Positions 63,061-64,000 of a stretch of DNA of 64,000 bases are shown in pieces (the stretch's first letter is position 1; the number at the start of each line of letters is the position of its first letter). Source of the DNA: Takakia lepidozioides (Eukaryota > Plantae > Bryophyta). The notes below the pieces were generated by a model. The model saw nothing but the letters and a program-made list of their open reading frames with translations, was not told where the DNA came from and ran no database searches. Made by a program: the position numbers and the translations under genes. Location: NCBI GenBank assembly GCA_030704615.1, contig CM060731.1, positions 54,622,001 to 54,686,000 on the forward strand, in the 5' to 3' direction.

Positions 63061-63308
63061 CATGGCGTTACTCTGGTATATTCTTGACACATGACTCACA
63101 TACCGGTTACTCTGCTATATTCATCCGGACAGACACATTGTAGAAATGAGACATCAAATTGTAAACAGTGGGCCAATTCCGACAGTTATTCAACACAATG
63201 AAACACAATCATATAGAAGTGAGGTACGATGGGTTTATTGATCGGACACGATGTCTCACATTTACCAAGTGCAGACAAAACTAAGCCCTTCCTCCTTCTA
63301 CATGGGCT

Positions 63309-63887
63309 TCACCAAGTCGACGGAACTTCGATACCCCTCAAAACAAGCTCATCACTGCTGCGGCACCTCGAGGTAAACTGCAATTCGGTCGTTCTGCTGC
63401 CCTTGCTGGAGCCGACGACAATGTCATGTCCATCAATGATACCACCATCATACATTGACAAGGTCACTGTGGGCCTCATGTGCCCGTGCGATTCGTCTTC
63501 GCAACGCAGCCGAATGTCTCCATACACTGGAAGAGCGGAGTGATCTGCACGTATATAGTTTTCCCCGGTGCCGTCCTCCCTGGTCCACTGGCAGCAGTTC
63601 CAGCGCCAAAGCGAGGCCGTGCGTGATCTATCCGGCATCCCTTTCCAGCTTGGTATATCGAGGTCAACAATTTTCAGGACCCACGGACCGCATTGACCCT
63701 CGCCCTCACCTCGCTCAAAGCGGTAATAGCCCTCCAGATACTCCATTGCGCGCAAAGACTCTTGCTTGATTCCAGCAGCGTCTGTGAAAATAGAGAGCCA
63801 GACAATGATGTCTCCTGATTCTGGTTTGAACATAGCATAATCGTGGCCATGATAAGGGCAGTCGGCTGGATTTCGGCGGCACGGCAT
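63309..63887 (-). CDS. Hypothetical protein (~192 aa), possibly a third MULE-2 gene
   Basis: Open frame with protein-like composition, converging on the ParB-MTase gene; no recognised motif. Confidence 0.4.
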   Translation of the reverse strand: MPCRRNPADCPYHGHDYAMFKPESGDIIVWLSIFTDAAGIKQESLRAMEYLEGYYRFERGEGEGQCGPWVLKIVDLDIPSWKGMPDRSRTASLWRWNCCQWTREDGTGENYIRADHSALPVYGDIRLRCEDESHGHMRPTVTLSMYDGGIIDGHDIVVGSSKGSRTTELQFTSRCRSSDELVLRGIEVPSTW

Positions 63888-64000
63888 CCTTGAAAAAGAG
63901 TAACGGAGTACGCTCAATGACAGCAGCTCCCGGATGGAGGAGGAGCAGCGCGGTGGCTGGAAAAAGTTCAAGCTAACGCTGCAATTCCTCACAAACACTC

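Larger units (their letters stand above)
49547..64000 (-). mobile_element. MULE-2: diverged relative of MULE-1, right end outside the window
   Basis: Start GAGGTTTACTATTTCATGAGC matches the MULE-1 end GGGGGGTGCTATTCCGTGAGC at 15/21, followed by tandem CATGAGC motifs. Same transposase / array / ParB-MTase layout. Confidence 0.8.

Overview
Eukaryotic, plant-like genomic DNA (GT-AG introns, tRNA-iMet PBS, fragments resembling BSD2 and a receptor kinase) made almost entirely of nested transposable elements; no intact host gene is evident. (i) A decayed Ty3/Gypsy element on the minus strand (1-19008) whose ~3.5-kb putative 5' LTR contains host gene fragments. (ii) Two inverted copies (437-12018 minus; 23084-49275 plus) of a Ty3/Gypsy-type unit encoding gag-protease-DNMT3-like cytosine methyltransferase-RT-RNaseH-integrase-PHD, bounded by TGTC...GACA and a short TSD but with no direct-repeat LTRs. 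(iii) Two diverged Mutator-like (MULE) DNA transposons (33819-49029 with 9-bp TSD; 49547 to beyond 64000). Each MULE carries a GCM-like/DDE/SWIM transposase, a divergently oriented multi-intron gene fusing a ParB/Srx-like domain to a bacterial-type beta-class N4C/N6A DNA methyltransferase-like domain, and a large intervening array of palindromes sharing a TGCG-N4-CGCA core. This MULE-borne 'ParB-methyltransferase + palindrome array' module is the best candidate for an undescribed system. All domain calls come from motif recognition by eye, and coordinates of decayed parts are approximate.
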